From an uncultured Methanosarcinales archaeon (GTDB taxonomy: Archaea; Nanobdellota; Nanobdellia; Woesearchaeales; DSVV01), in NCBI GenBank assembly GCA_964593285.1, contig CAZQHZ010000011.1, positions 1 through 47,744 on the forward strand: a stretch of DNA of 47,744 nucleotides, read 5' to 3'. The notes below the pieces were generated by a model. It did not search any database. It saw only the letters and a list, made by a program, of their open reading frames with translations, and had not been told where the DNA came from. The translations under genes and the position numbers were made by a program. This document shows, one piece after another, positions 28,558 to 38,378 of the stretch; positions within the stretch are counted from its first letter, which is position 1; every line of letters starts with the position of its first letter.

Positions 28558-30501
28558 ATGAAAATGACAGAAAAAAATAAAACAAAATATGAAAAAATTA
28601 TAGGAATTGATCTTGGTACAAGTAATAGTGCAGCATCAGTTCTACAAGGTGGAAGCCCTGTTATGATTCCAAGTAAGGAAGGTGCATCTCAATATGGTAA
28701 GGCATTTCCTAGTATTGTTGCTTTTACTAAAGATAATCAAATTTTAGTTGGTGAGCCTGCAAGGAGACAAGCAGTTTCAAATCCAGAAAATACTATTACT
28801 GCTGCGAAGCGTAAGATGGGTGCTGCACATAAATATCAGATAAATAATAAAGAATATACACCTCAGCAAATTTCTGCTTATATTTTGCAGAAAATAAAGA
28901 CAGATGCAGAGGAATATTTAGGTGAAAAAATTGAAAAAGCAGTAGTTACTGTTCCTGCTTATTTTGATGATGATCAAAGGCAAGCAACTAAGGATGCTGG
29001 GCGAATTGCAGGTTTAGATGTTATAAGAATAATTAATGAGCCAACCGCTGCATCTCTTTCATATGGCCTTGATAAAACTGATAACGATTTGAAAATATTA
29101 GTTTATGATATGGGTGGTGGAACTTTAGATGTAACTGTAATGGAATTTGGTGATGGTGTATTTGAAGTTAAATCAACATCAGGAGATACAAATCTTGGTG
29201 GACATGATATGGACAATACTTTGGTTGATTATTTGGTTGAAGAATTCAAAAAACAGGAAGATTTTGATTTATCTAAAGATCATACAGCTATGCAAAGATT
29301 GAGAGAAGCTGCTGAAAAAGCAAAGATTGAATTATCAACTACACATGAAACTGATATAAATCTACCTTATATTACTGCAACAGATAAAGGTCCTAAGCAT
29401 TTTAATTTAAAGCTTACAAGATCTAAATTAGATGAATTGGTTTATGATATAGTTAATAAATCAAAAGCACCAACAGAGCAAGCTTTAAAAGATGCTGGAC
29501 TTAAGCCATCAGATATTAATAAAATTATTTTAGTTGGTGGGCCTACAAGAATGCCTATTGTTAAAAAATTTGTTGAAGATTTTATTGGGAAAAAGGCAGA
29601 AGGTGGAGTTGATCCGATGGAATGTGTTGCTAAAGGTGCTGCAATTCAAGCTGGAGTTTTAGCAGGAGAAGTTAAAGATGTATTATTATTGGATGTAACC
29701 CCATTGTCTTTAGGAATAGAAACTTTGGGTGGTGTTTTTACAAAATTAATTGAAAGAAATACTACTATTCCAACAAAAAAATCTCAAGTATTTTCAACAG
29801 CTGCAGACAATCAAACAGCGGTTACAATACGAGTATTTCAAGGAGAAAGACCTATGGCTAATGATAATAAATTACTTGGCCAATTTGATTTGGTAGGCAT
29901 TCCTCCAGCTCCACGAGGTGTTCCTCAAATTGAAGTATCTTTTGATATTGATGCTGACGGAATTGTTCATGTAAGTGCAAAAGATATTGGAACTGGTAAG
30001 GAGACTTCAATTAAAATAACTGCAACTCAAAAATTAAATGATGAAGAAGTTGAAAAGATGAAAAAAGAAGCAGAAGCTAATGCAGAAGAAGATAAAAAAC
30101 GAAAAGAAAAAGTTGAAGTATTAAATGAAGCTGAATCAATTGTGTTTCAATACGAAAAAACAATTAAGGATTTTAAAGATAAAGTAGATCCAAAAGAATT
30201 AGAGCCACTGCAAAAAGACATAGAAGAATTGAAAGAATTATTAAAAGATAAAGATACAAACTTTGAAAAAATAAAAACAAAAAAAGAAGAATTAACAGAA
30301 AAATTTAATAAAGTTGCAACAGAAGTTTATCAGAAAGCAGCAGCAGAACATGCAAAAACACAGGAACAAACTGCAGAAAGTACTGATAAAGCAGAAGATA
30401 AAAAATCTGATGAAACTGTTGTTGATGCTGATTACAAAGATGAAAGTAAAGACGATAGTGAAAGCAGTGAAAAAAAAGCAGATGATAAAAAAACAAAATA
30501 A
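28558..30501 (+). CDS. dnaK: Chaperone DnaK (Hsp70)
   Basis: [27 protein letters not shown] and DVTPLSLG motifs; start may be ATG 28564. Confidence 0.98.
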   Translation: MKMTEKNKTKYEKIIGIDLGTSNSAASVLQGGSPVMIPSKEGASQYGKAFPSIVAFTKDNQILVGEPARRQAVSNPENTITAAKRKMGAAHKYQINNKEYTPQQISAYILQKIKTDAEEYLGEKIEKAVVTVPAYFDDDQRQATKDAGRIAGLDVIRIINEPTAASLSYGLDKTDNDLKILVYDMGGGTLDVTVMEFGDGVFEVKSTSGDTNLGGHDMDNTLVDYLVEEFKKQEDFDLSKDHTAMQRLREAAEKAKIELSTTHETDINLPYITATDKGPKHFNLKLTRSKLDELVYDIVNKSKAPTEQALKDAGLKPSDINKIILVGGPTRMPIVKKFVEDFIGKKAEGGVDPMECVAKGAAIQAGVLAGEVKDVLLLDVTPLSLGIETLGGVFTKLIERNTTIPTKKSQVFSTAADNQTAVTIRVFQGERPMANDNKLLGQFDLVGIPPAPRGVPQIEVSFDIDADGIVHVSAKDIGTGKETSIKITATQKLNDEEVEKMKKEAEANAEEDKKRKEKVEVLNEAESIVFQYEKTIKDFKDKVDPKELEPLQKDIEELKELLKDKDTNFEKIKTKKEELTEKFNKVATEVYQKAAAEHAKTQEQTAESTDKAEDKKSDETVVDADYKDESKDDSESSEKKADDKKTK

Positions 30502-30548
30502 TTCTTTTTTGTTTTTTTATTTTTATTTTTTTATTTTTTTGAATTAAA

Positions 30549-31214
30549 ATGGGTGATGAAATTATTTTACCAACAATTAAAAGATGTAATTTAATTTATG
30601 AAAAATTATATACACCAAAAAATGTAATTAATCATTCAGTATTAGTTTCAAAAATTTCAGTTTTAATAGCAAAATTGATAAATAAAACAAATGACAAATT
30701 TAAAATTAATGTAGATTTGGTGAAAAAAGCTTCACTTCTTCATGATTGTTTTAAATTTTTAGAATTTAGTGAAGTAAACGATAGTACTTTAAATGAAAAT
30801 AATGATAAAAAAATAATTGTTTGGCAAAAATTTAAAAAACAATTTTCAAATTTAAATCATTGTATGGCAGGATTTGAATTTTTTAAAGATGATTATTATG
30901 AATTAGCATTAATTATTAAAAAACATGACTATAAATCAATAATATCTGATGATGAAAGTAACAGACCTATAACTATTGAGGAAAAAATTGTAAGTTATGC
31001 AGATAAAAGAGTAATGCATTCAAAAATTGTATCGCTTGAAAAAAGATTTTTAGAAGGCTTAAATCGGTGGAAATTAAAATTTAATAAAGATGTTGATTTT
31101 AATTTGATTAAACAAATTAATGAAGCTTATTTTAATTTAGAATATGAATTATTTAATTTAATTGATTTAGATAAAATAGAAATTGAAAAAAAAATTAATG
31201 CTTTAACTTTATAG
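30549..31214 (+). CDS. HD-domain metal-dependent phosphohydrolase
   Basis: NVINHS...LLHD...H..AG...KHD...EEKIVSYADKR motifs. Confidence 0.85.
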   Translation: MGDEIILPTIKRCNLIYEKLYTPKNVINHSVLVSKISVLIAKLINKTNDKFKINVDLVKKASLLHDCFKFLEFSEVNDSTLNENNDKKIIVWQKFKKQFSNLNHCMAGFEFFKDDYYELALIIKKHDYKSIISDDESNRPITIEEKIVSYADKRVMHSKIVSLEKRFLEGLNRWKLKFNKDVDFNLIKQINEAYFNLEYELFNLIDLDKIEIEKKINALTL

Positions 31215-31304
31215 TTTTTTAAAAACAATAAAAAATTTAAATAGTAACTAAAGTCAAATAAAAATTAGATATTTATTATAAATAAAAGGAAATAATTAAA
31301 AAAA

Positions 31305-32435
31305 ATGGCAAAAGATTATTATGAAATACTTGGTGTTGATAAAAGTGCATCAAAAGAAGAGATAAAGAAAGCTTATAAAAATTTAGCTAAAAAATATCAT
31401 CCTGATTTAAATAAAGATAATCCTAATGTTGCTGATAAATTTAAAGAAATAAATGAAGCAGCAGCAGTTTTAGGAGATGAAAAAAAACGTGAACATTATG
31501 ATAGATTTGGAAGTTCTGGAGAAGGATTTTCAGGTTATGAAGGATTTGATGCATCAGATTTTGATATGTCTGGTGGATTTGATTTTGAAGATATATTTGA
31601 TGCATTTTTTGGTGGCGGTGGAAGTAGTAGACGAGGCTATAAAAGAAGACGAAAGGGTTCAGATTTACGATATGAAATAAATGTTACTTTAGAAGAAGCA
31701 TTTCATGGTGCAAAGAAAAATATTTCTTTTCCAAGGTATGAAGTTTGTGATAAATGTAGTGGGAGCGGTGCACAATCTGATTCTGATATTAAAACTTGTC
31801 CAGATTGTAAAGGAAGTGGTTATGTTAAACGAACTCAAAGAACCCCTTTTGGTATTTTTTCACAAACCGCAAGTTGTAGAAAATGTGGAGGAGAAGGTAG
31901 AATTATTGAAAAACCATGTAATCAGTGTAATGGTGAAGGAAGAATTGAGCGAACAAAAAATATAGAAATTGATATTCCAAAAGGTGTTTATACTGGTGCA
32001 CAACTTAGAATTCCAGGTCAAGGTGAAGCTGGTGAAAAAGGTGCACCATCTGGTGATTTATATATTTACATAAATGTTTTAAAACATGATCTATTTGAGA
32101 GAAGAAATAATGATATTTTAACCGAAATTAAAATTAGTTTTGTGCAGGCTGTTTTTGGAGATGAAGTTGAAGTTCCAACATTAAATGGTAAAGCAAAAAT
32201 GACTATACCTCAAGGAACACAAACACATACTTTATTTAGGCTCAGAGGAAAAGGTATGCCTTCTTTGCATAATAATTATAATTATGGTGATGAATTTGTT
32301 AAAGTAAAAATTATTATTCCAAAAAAGGTTACAAAAAAACAAAAACAATTATTGATGGATTATGCAAAAGAATCAAAAGAAGAAATACAGCCAACTAAAG
32401 GCTTTTTTTCTAAATTAAAGGATGCTTTTAATTAA
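31305..32435 (+). CDS. dnaJ: Chaperone DnaJ
   Basis: J-domain HPD, G/F-rich region, four CxxCxGxG repeats. Confidence 0.98.
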   Translation: MAKDYYEILGVDKSASKEEIKKAYKNLAKKYHPDLNKDNPNVADKFKEINEAAAVLGDEKKREHYDRFGSSGEGFSGYEGFDASDFDMSGGFDFEDIFDAFFGGGGSSRRGYKRRRKGSDLRYEINVTLEEAFHGAKKNISFPRYEVCDKCSGSGAQSDSDIKTCPDCKGSGYVKRTQRTPFGIFSQTASCRKCGGEGRIIEKPCNQCNGEGRIERTKNIEIDIPKGVYTGAQLRIPGQGEAGEKGAPSGDLYIYINVLKHDLFERRNNDILTEIKISFVQAVFGDEVEVPTLNGKAKMTIPQGTQTHTLFRLRGKGMPSLHNNYNYGDEFVKVKIIIPKKVTKKQKQLLMDYAKESKEEIQPTKGFFSKLKDAFN

Positions 32436-32452
32436 TTTTTTATTTTATTTTT

Positions 32453-33022
32453 TTAAAATTCTTGTCTAAAATATATATCATTAACTAATCTTTTTGTTGG
32501 AAAAATAATATAATCAGAATATTTTTTACTGAATTTAAAATCAATAATATTTTGATTATTCATCTCGATAAAGTATTGTTCTAATTTGTTAGTATTTATT
32601 TTATCCTTAGTAATTTTTTCAATAATTGGACTATATAGTGGTTGTTTATATTTTGATTTTATAATTTTAGATAAATTATCATAAAATTGTTTAAATTTAG
32701 TTTTATTTTTATTACTTTTTTTAATATGAATTATTTCATCATTTATTTTTGAAATTAAATTTTTATGTGATAAACCAATCCAATCATTATTTTTTTTAGA
32801 TTCTATAATTATTCTTGCAGCAAGATCATCATATAATGGATTATAAATGATATTTTTTGCTTCTTTTAGTGGGAAAAAATATTTTTTGCAGTTAATTTTT
32901 GATGGTAAAACCATTATGTCACAAGTTAAAAAATCAGATGAATATGTATTATTTTTGTTTTTAATTAAATCGTCAATATAATTGTAAGATAGTATTTTAT
33001 TTTTTAAGTTACTTTGCTTCAT
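32453..33022 (-). CDS. Hypothetical protein
   Basis: 189-codon ORF in AT-rich DNA; no recognised motif. Confidence 0.55.
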   Translation of the reverse strand: MKQSNLKNKILSYNYIDDLIKNKNNTYSSDFLTCDIMVLPSKINCKKYFFPLKEAKNIIYNPLYDDLAARIIIESKKNNDWIGLSHKNLISKINDEIIHIKKSNKNKTKFKQFYDNLSKIIKSKYKQPLYSPIIEKITKDKINTNKLEQYFIEMNNQNIIDFKFSKKYSDYIIFPTKRLVNDIYFRQEF

Positions 33023-33076
33023 TATGAATAAAAGATTTTTATTTTGTTATTTAAACTTTTTTAAATTATTACTATT

Positions 33077-33484
33077 TTAGAATGGTTGTTTTAAAATAGA
33101 TGATTTAAAAATATGTTCTTTATATGGTTTTAGTCTAATTATTTTAATTTCTAGATTGTTTTCTTTAATTGTTTTTTCTAAGTTTAAATCATCTTGGTCA
33201 TATCCAAGGCATATAATATTTGGTAATTCATTTTTTATAATTTCAAAATATTTTTTTATATTTTTATTTCCAAAAATTACTTTTGATGCAATATTTAAAT
33301 TTTCAATTTCTTTTTTTCTTTTTTCTTGTGTATATAAAGGATTTTTATTTTTTATTTTGTATACATTTGAATCATTTGCAACTGTCACTATTAAATAATC
33401 GCCATGTTTTTTTGCTTGATTTAAAAAATTAATGTGCCCTTTGTGCAAAATATCAAATGTTCCAAAAACCATAACTTTTATCAT
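33077..33484 (-). CDS. ribL: FAD synthase / cytidylyltransferase-family nucleotidyltransferase
   Basis: GTFDILHKGH (HxGH), LGYDQ and KSS motifs; next to a flavodoxin gene. Confidence 0.8.
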   Translation of the reverse strand: MIKVMVFGTFDILHKGHINFLNQAKKHGDYLIVTVANDSNVYKIKNKNPLYTQEKRKKEIENLNIASKVIFGNKNIKKYFEIIKNELPNIICLGYDQDDLNLEKTIKENNLEIKIIRLKPYKEHIFKSSILKQPF

Positions 33485-33566
33485 TTGTTTTAAAAATTGT
33501 TTTATATTTATATTATTTATGTAAAAAATAATTAAATTTATTAATTTATTAATTATTCTTGTATAT

Positions 33567-34043
33567 ATGAAGTATTTAATTATTTATTATACACGAACAA
33601 ATACAACAAAAAAATTAGCAGAATATTTAGCTAAAAATTTAGATTGTGAGATTGAAGAATTAATTGATTTTAAAAATAGGGATGGTGGGGTTGGTTTTAT
33701 TAGTTCTGGAAAGGATGCTGTTTTTAAAAAACAAACAAAAATAAAAAAATTATCAAAAGATTTATCAAAATATAATCATATAATTATTGGAACGCCTGTA
33801 TGGGTTGGTAATATTACTCCTGCAATTAGGACATTTTTATTAGAAAATAAAGATAAAATAAAATCTTGTTCGTTTTTTTGCACTCTAAAAGGAAATGACA
33901 TTGCAAAAACATTTATTGAAATGGAATCTTTATTAGATAAAAAACCAGTAAGTACTTTAACTATAACTACCAAAGAAATTGCTAATAATAATTATAAAAA
34001 AAAAGCTGATTCTTTTTGTTTAAATTTAAAAAATATTGATTAA
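33567..34043 (+). CDS. Flavodoxin family protein
   Basis: YYTRTNTTKKLA FMN loop; GTPVW motif. Confidence 0.88.
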   Translation: MKYLIIYYTRTNTTKKLAEYLAKNLDCEIEELIDFKNRDGGVGFISSGKDAVFKKQTKIKKLSKDLSKYNHIIIGTPVWVGNITPAIRTFLLENKDKIKSCSFFCTLKGNDIAKTFIEMESLLDKKPVSTLTITTKEIANNNYKKKADSFCLNLKNID

Positions 34044-34158
34044 ATTTTGTTTTTTCTTTAAAACATTTATAAAGAAACTATATTTTTGTAATAATTTGTT
34101 ACTAAATAGTAAGAAAAAACGAAACATTTAAATATATGTACTATTATTAAGTAGTAGT

Positions 34159-35124
34159 ATGGTACAAAATACTGCTTTAAATTTAGAAAAAATAATTGAT
34201 TTTCAAGATGCATATAATAGAAAGCACACTATTTCAGATGATCAAAGACCATATCAAAAAGATAAAGAGCAATATACTCATGAAAGTCACTCTCAAATTA
34301 ATTCTGTTTTAAATGGTATGTTAGACTATCTTCCAAAAGAGCAACATAATTCTTTTATTGAAATGTATAATAAGTCTGATGAAAATCAAAAGCAATTATT
34401 AATTTCGTTATATTCAAATATGCAAAAAGATATATGTATAGACCATTTGACAAATTTACCTAATAGAAAATGTTTTGATAAAGATTTAAGTCAAAAAATT
34501 GAAAGTGTTAATCGTGATAAAAATAAACAACTAAATTTATTGACTTTAGACATTGATTATTTTAAGCAAATAAATGATACCTATGGGCATGATTTTGGTG
34601 ATTTTGTTTTAAAAAAATGTGGAGAATATCTTAAAAAAAATATTAGGGAATCAGATAATGCATATAGGCTTGGTGGAGAAGAATTTTCTTTATTATTAGA
34701 TTCTAATATAGAAAATAAAATTGATTTTAATGATTATTTTAATAATAGAATTACTGGTGTTTCAGATTATATAATAAATGAAATTAAATTAGAAAAAGGT
34801 GCTTTAAACAAAAAAATTAAGGATTTAAAAAGTTCAAATGCAGATTTATCAAATTTAAATGGTAATTTATCAAAGTTAAAAATTTTTAATAAATATTTAA
34901 TAAATTTAAAAAAATTTGAAAATAAAATTAATGAAGGTAGTTATTCAAGAATTAATAAGGATAAAAATGATCCATATATTACTTTTAGTGTTGGTTCATC
35001 TGTTTATAATAAATCTTTAAATAATGAAAATTATTCAAAAAGCCCAGGTGAATTAATTAATCGTGCAGATCAAGCTTTATATATTGCAAAAGCTAATGGA
35101 AGAAATAAAATTTGTTATAAATAA
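34159..35124 (+). CDS. GGDEF-domain protein (putative diguanylate cyclase)
   Basis: DHLTNLPNR, DIDYFKQINDTYGHDFGD, RESD-NAYRL-GGEEF, TFSVG and ADQALYIAKANGRN motifs. Confidence 0.93.
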   Translation: MVQNTALNLEKIIDFQDAYNRKHTISDDQRPYQKDKEQYTHESHSQINSVLNGMLDYLPKEQHNSFIEMYNKSDENQKQLLISLYSNMQKDICIDHLTNLPNRKCFDKDLSQKIESVNRDKNKQLNLLTLDIDYFKQINDTYGHDFGDFVLKKCGEYLKKNIRESDNAYRLGGEEFSLLLDSNIENKIDFNDYFNNRITGVSDYIINEIKLEKGALNKKIKDLKSSNADLSNLNGNLSKLKIFNKYLINLKKFENKINEGSYSRINKDKNDPYITFSVGSSVYNKSLNNENYSKSPGELINRADQALYIAKANGRNKICYK

Positions 35125-35138
35125 AAAAAATAAAAAAA

Positions 35139-35738
35139 TTATTCATCAGAAAAATCATCATGTGTATATTTAAATTCTTCTTCAGATTTAATCATACCTC
35201 GTTTTAGCATATATTCTTTTGTTAGAACATAAAATAAAACACCTAGACTTTTTTTCCCTTTATTGTTACATGGTATTACTAGATCAATATTATTACTTTG
35301 ATTATTTGTATCACATAGTGCAATAACTGGAATTCCAATTTGTAGTGCTTCATTTACTGCATTTCTATCAGGCCATGAATCTGTTGTAAATAAAACTTTA
35401 GCTTCAGTAAAATTGCTTAAATTAGGGTTAGTTAAAATTCCTGGAGGATATCTACCTGGAAATACTTTAGCACCAGTTAAATCACCAAACATTTTCATAG
35501 ACTTCCAGCCATTTTCTCTTCTACTAACCATAATTATTTCTTCTGGTGCATAGTTTGATAAAAAATTAATTAATACTCTAATTCGTTCATCAATTTTTTT
35601 TAAATTTAAGACAGATAATCCATCAGGTCTTGTTTTATAGATAAATTGTTCCATATATTTTGTTTTAAATTTTGTACCAATGTGTATACCTGATTTTAGA
35701 TATATTTTTGTTGGAACTAAAAATTCTTCTTCACTCAT
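35139..35738 (-). CDS. rps2: 30S ribosomal protein S2 (archaeal uS2)
   Basis: GIHIGT, GRYPPGILTN, IPVIALCDT and PCNNKG motifs. Confidence 0.96.
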   Translation of the reverse strand: MSEEEFLVPTKIYLKSGIHIGTKFKTKYMEQFIYKTRPDGLSVLNLKKIDERIRVLINFLSNYAPEEIIMVSRRENGWKSMKMFGDLTGAKVFPGRYPPGILTNPNLSNFTEAKVLFTTDSWPDRNAVNEALQIGIPVIALCDTNNQSNNIDLVIPCNNKGKKSLGVLFYVLTKEYMLKRGMIKSEEEFKYTHDDFSDE

Positions 35739-35987
35739 TTTAAATCCTCCAATAATTGTTTTTTAATTTGCAAGTTTAATTTATATAATTAATTATCATA
35801 TAAAATTGCAAGTCTTTTTTTTCGCCTCAGACTGCTCTATATAAATCAAAGTATGATATATATTTAGGCAATATTTTTATAGTCTTTACAAGATATTTAT
35901 AAATATTTTGTTTTTAAATTTAAAATGAAAAAATTTATAAATTATTTATATTTGGATAATGATTAGTTTTGACTTAAAGGTTTTAAA

Positions 35988-36209
35988 ATGGGATTAAAAG
36001 ATGAAATACATGATTATGTTAATAAAACATTTGGTAGTTATAGTGCTCAAAAGATAGATGATTTTGCACAACAAATAGATTCAAATATTAATAAAAAAGA
36101 ATTTTTAGATAAGTGTGTAGATTTTTTATCTACTCTTCTTGGAACACAAAAAGCAAAAGATGAAATGAAGGTTTTTTATGAAAAATATCAAGTGAGAATG
36201 GATGATTGA
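35988..36209 (+). CDS. Small helical hypothetical protein, probably co-transcribed with the CheC-like gene
   Basis: 73-aa ORF abutting the next gene. Confidence 0.65.
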   Translation: MGLKDEIHDYVNKTFGSYSAQKIDDFAQQIDSNINKKEFLDKCVDFLSTLLGTQKAKDEMKVFYEKYQVRMDD

Positions 36210-36211
36210 AA

Positions 36212-36862
36212 ATGGAAGATAAAAATTTAGCTATAGAACAAGATATTATAACTGAAGTTGGAAATATTATTTCAAATAATTGTGCTAATGCATTTTCATC
36301 TTTGATTAAAGAAGATGTAGATATAAATACAGATATTAAATTTATTTCGGTTAAAGATTTTAAAATGGAATTTATTTTAACTAAAGATTTTTCAGAAATT
36401 TTTAAAGGTGTTGCAGAAAAAGTATTTACTGGTTATTTTATTAAAACAAGTAGTGGTGCAAATGGTATTTCTGTAATTTTATTTAAACAAGAACATTTAA
36501 ATTTAATTGTTGAATCATTATCTAAAAATTTATATGCTATAGATACTGAATTAAAGGATGATGAAAAAAATGCAATTTTAAAAGAATTTTCTCAAATTAC
36601 AATGCATACATATTTGACAACTTTAAGTAAAATGATAAATACTAATATAAATTATACAGAACCAATTCCAACATCAGATATTTTAGGTTCATTATATGAT
36701 TTTAAAGAAAAATTGATTAGTAATGATGATAATAAAGCTTTGATGCTTAGAACATCTATATTGGCTGAAGGAACAGGCCTTAGTGGAAAATTAATTATAC
36801 TTTTAGAGCCAAATTCTATCAACAATATTATTTCTTATTTAAAAAATCAATCATCTAATTAA
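36212..36862 (+). CDS. cheC: CheC-like protein (CheC/CheX/FliY phosphatase family)
   Basis: D...EVGNI....ANAFS.L first site; degenerate second site LKEFSQI...YLTTLS; C-terminal GKLIILLEP. Confidence 0.75.
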   Translation: MEDKNLAIEQDIITEVGNIISNNCANAFSSLIKEDVDINTDIKFISVKDFKMEFILTKDFSEIFKGVAEKVFTGYFIKTSSGANGISVILFKQEHLNLIVESLSKNLYAIDTELKDDEKNAILKEFSQITMHTYLTTLSKMINTNINYTEPIPTSDILGSLYDFKEKLISNDDNKALMLRTSILAEGTGLSGKLIILLEPNSINNIISYLKNQSSN

Positions 36863-36906
36863 TATTAAATATTTTTTAGAAATAAATAAAAAAAATAAAA
36901 AAACCC

Positions 36907-37167
36907 TTAATATTTAGGGTTTTTACTTGCTTTGAATTTTAAACTGGTTTTAGCAGGAATTCTTATTTTTTCTCCTGTTTGTGGATTAACTCCAGCTCTT
37001 GCTTTTGATTTAACCATTTTAAAAGTTCCAAAACCAACTAATTGAACAGGTTTTTTCTTTACACTTTTTAAAACATTTTTCATAAATGCTTCTAATGCTC
37101 TTTCAGCATCTGCTTTTGTAAATCCTGTTTCTTTAACAATTGCTTCAACTAATTCTTGTTTATTCAT
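36907..37167 (-). CDS. hup: Bacterial-type HU DNA-binding protein
   Basis: MNKQELVEAI, VQLVGFGTF and ARAGVNPQTGEKIRIPA motifs. Confidence 0.95.
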   Translation of the reverse strand: MNKQELVEAIVKETGFTKADAERALEAFMKNVLKSVKKKPVQLVGFGTFKMVKSKARAGVNPQTGEKIRIPAKTSLKFKASKNPKY

Positions 37168-37462
37168 TTTTTAAATCACCTCAATATTATTAATTTTTAA
37201 AATTTAAAATATCTTACATTTAAATATTTTACTGAAAAATATGCAAAAAATAAGCGTTTTTCTTGGATTTGTTATTCCTTAGTTAAAATAAGTGGATGTT
37301 AATTTTTTAAAATTTTTTAATTTTAATTATGTTATTTTTCAAAAAATTATTTTTTCATTATAATCATTATCAAATATTTCAATTTCATGTTCATTTTCAA
37401 TAGAAGATTTATTATGAATATCACTTTTATAATTAAAAAGTAATATACTAAAGATAATAAAT

Positions 37463-37942
37463 TTAATTAGTCTCATCTTTTAATTTAACTATTCCAATTA
37501 TTCCTCCAATAATTAATAATAATATTGAAAATACCATTCCAATTCCACCTATAATAAATCCAATTACAGAAAGTATTGTAATAATTATATAGTCTTTTTT
37601 TGTTTCTTTTTTTTTAATTCTATACAATAAAAAACCAATAATAAATGAAATAATAATACCTATAACTGATGTAATAATTAAAAATAATGTTAAAATATTA
37701 AATTGTTTTTTTATGTCTTGGTTATATAAAATTTCTTCCTCTTTTTTAGTTAGATTAAGATCTTTGAAAAATATTTCTTGCATTTCTTTTTGTTCATTAT
37801 TTGCTTTTTCAAAAAATTCATCTAATTGCCCTTCATTTATTTGCTTATTGAAAATTATACCTATTGTTAAAAAAATAATCGAAATTATAAAGCAGAGAAT
37901 TATTCCAATTAATATTAATATGAATGATGATTTTGTTTTCAT
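37463..37942 (-). CDS. Hypothetical membrane protein
   Basis: About 4 hydrophobic helices. Confidence 0.6.
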   Translation of the reverse strand: MKTKSSFILILIGIILCFIISIIFLTIGIIFNKQINEGQLDEFFEKANNEQKEMQEIFFKDLNLTKKEEEILYNQDIKKQFNILTLFLIITSVIGIIISFIIGFLLYRIKKKETKKDYIIITILSVIGFIIGGIGMVFSILLLIIGGIIGIVKLKDETN

Positions 37943-38120
37943 TTATTTATTTTATAACTAAATTTTATTTAAATTTTATTAAAAATAGTAAGCTTTATAA
38001 ATAGAAACATTGGCTGAAGAAATACGACTAAAATTAATTAAACACTTTTGTTTTTCAAAAAAAGCTCATTTTGGGTTTCTTTGAAATAATTAAGGTGTTA
38101 TTAGTTGTTTAAAAGCAAAT

Positions 38121-38242
38121 GCCCTGGTAGTGTAGTTCGGCCTAGCATGAAGCCCTGTCGAGGCTTCGACCCGGGTTCAAATTCCATTATTTCAGTCTCT
38201 TTTTTTAAAAAGGGACGTGGTATGAAAGTCCCGGCCAGGGCG
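38121..38242 (+). tRNA. tRNA-Asp(GTC) with a 47-nt intron in the T-loop (38182-38228, position 59/60)
   Basis: Acceptor GCCCTGG/CCAGGGC; anticodon arm AAGCC-CTGTCGA-GGCTT; T-stem CCGGG/CCCGG split by an insert with BHB-like geometry. Confidence 0.9.
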
Positions 38243-38244
38243 TT

Positions 38245-38319
38245 GGGTCCGTAGCTTAGTCCGGTTATAGCACTCGACTTTTAATCGAGGGATCGCGAGT
38301 TCGAATCTCGCCGGACCCA
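38245..38319 (+). tRNA. tRNA-Lys(TTT)
   Basis: GGGTCCG/CGGACCC acceptor; CTCGA-CTTTTAA-TCGAG anticodon arm; GTTCGAATC T-loop. Confidence 0.95.
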
Positions 38320-38378
38320 GTTTTTTAAATCTAAAAAAAAAGCTTATTGTAAGCAAAATAAATAAAATATGGGGAAAA

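Noticed and set aside
30549..31214. HD protein as the c-di-GMP phosphodiesterase partner of the GGDEF protein
   Set aside because: Lacks the HHExxDGxGYP motif of HD-GYP enzymes; proximity alone is insufficient
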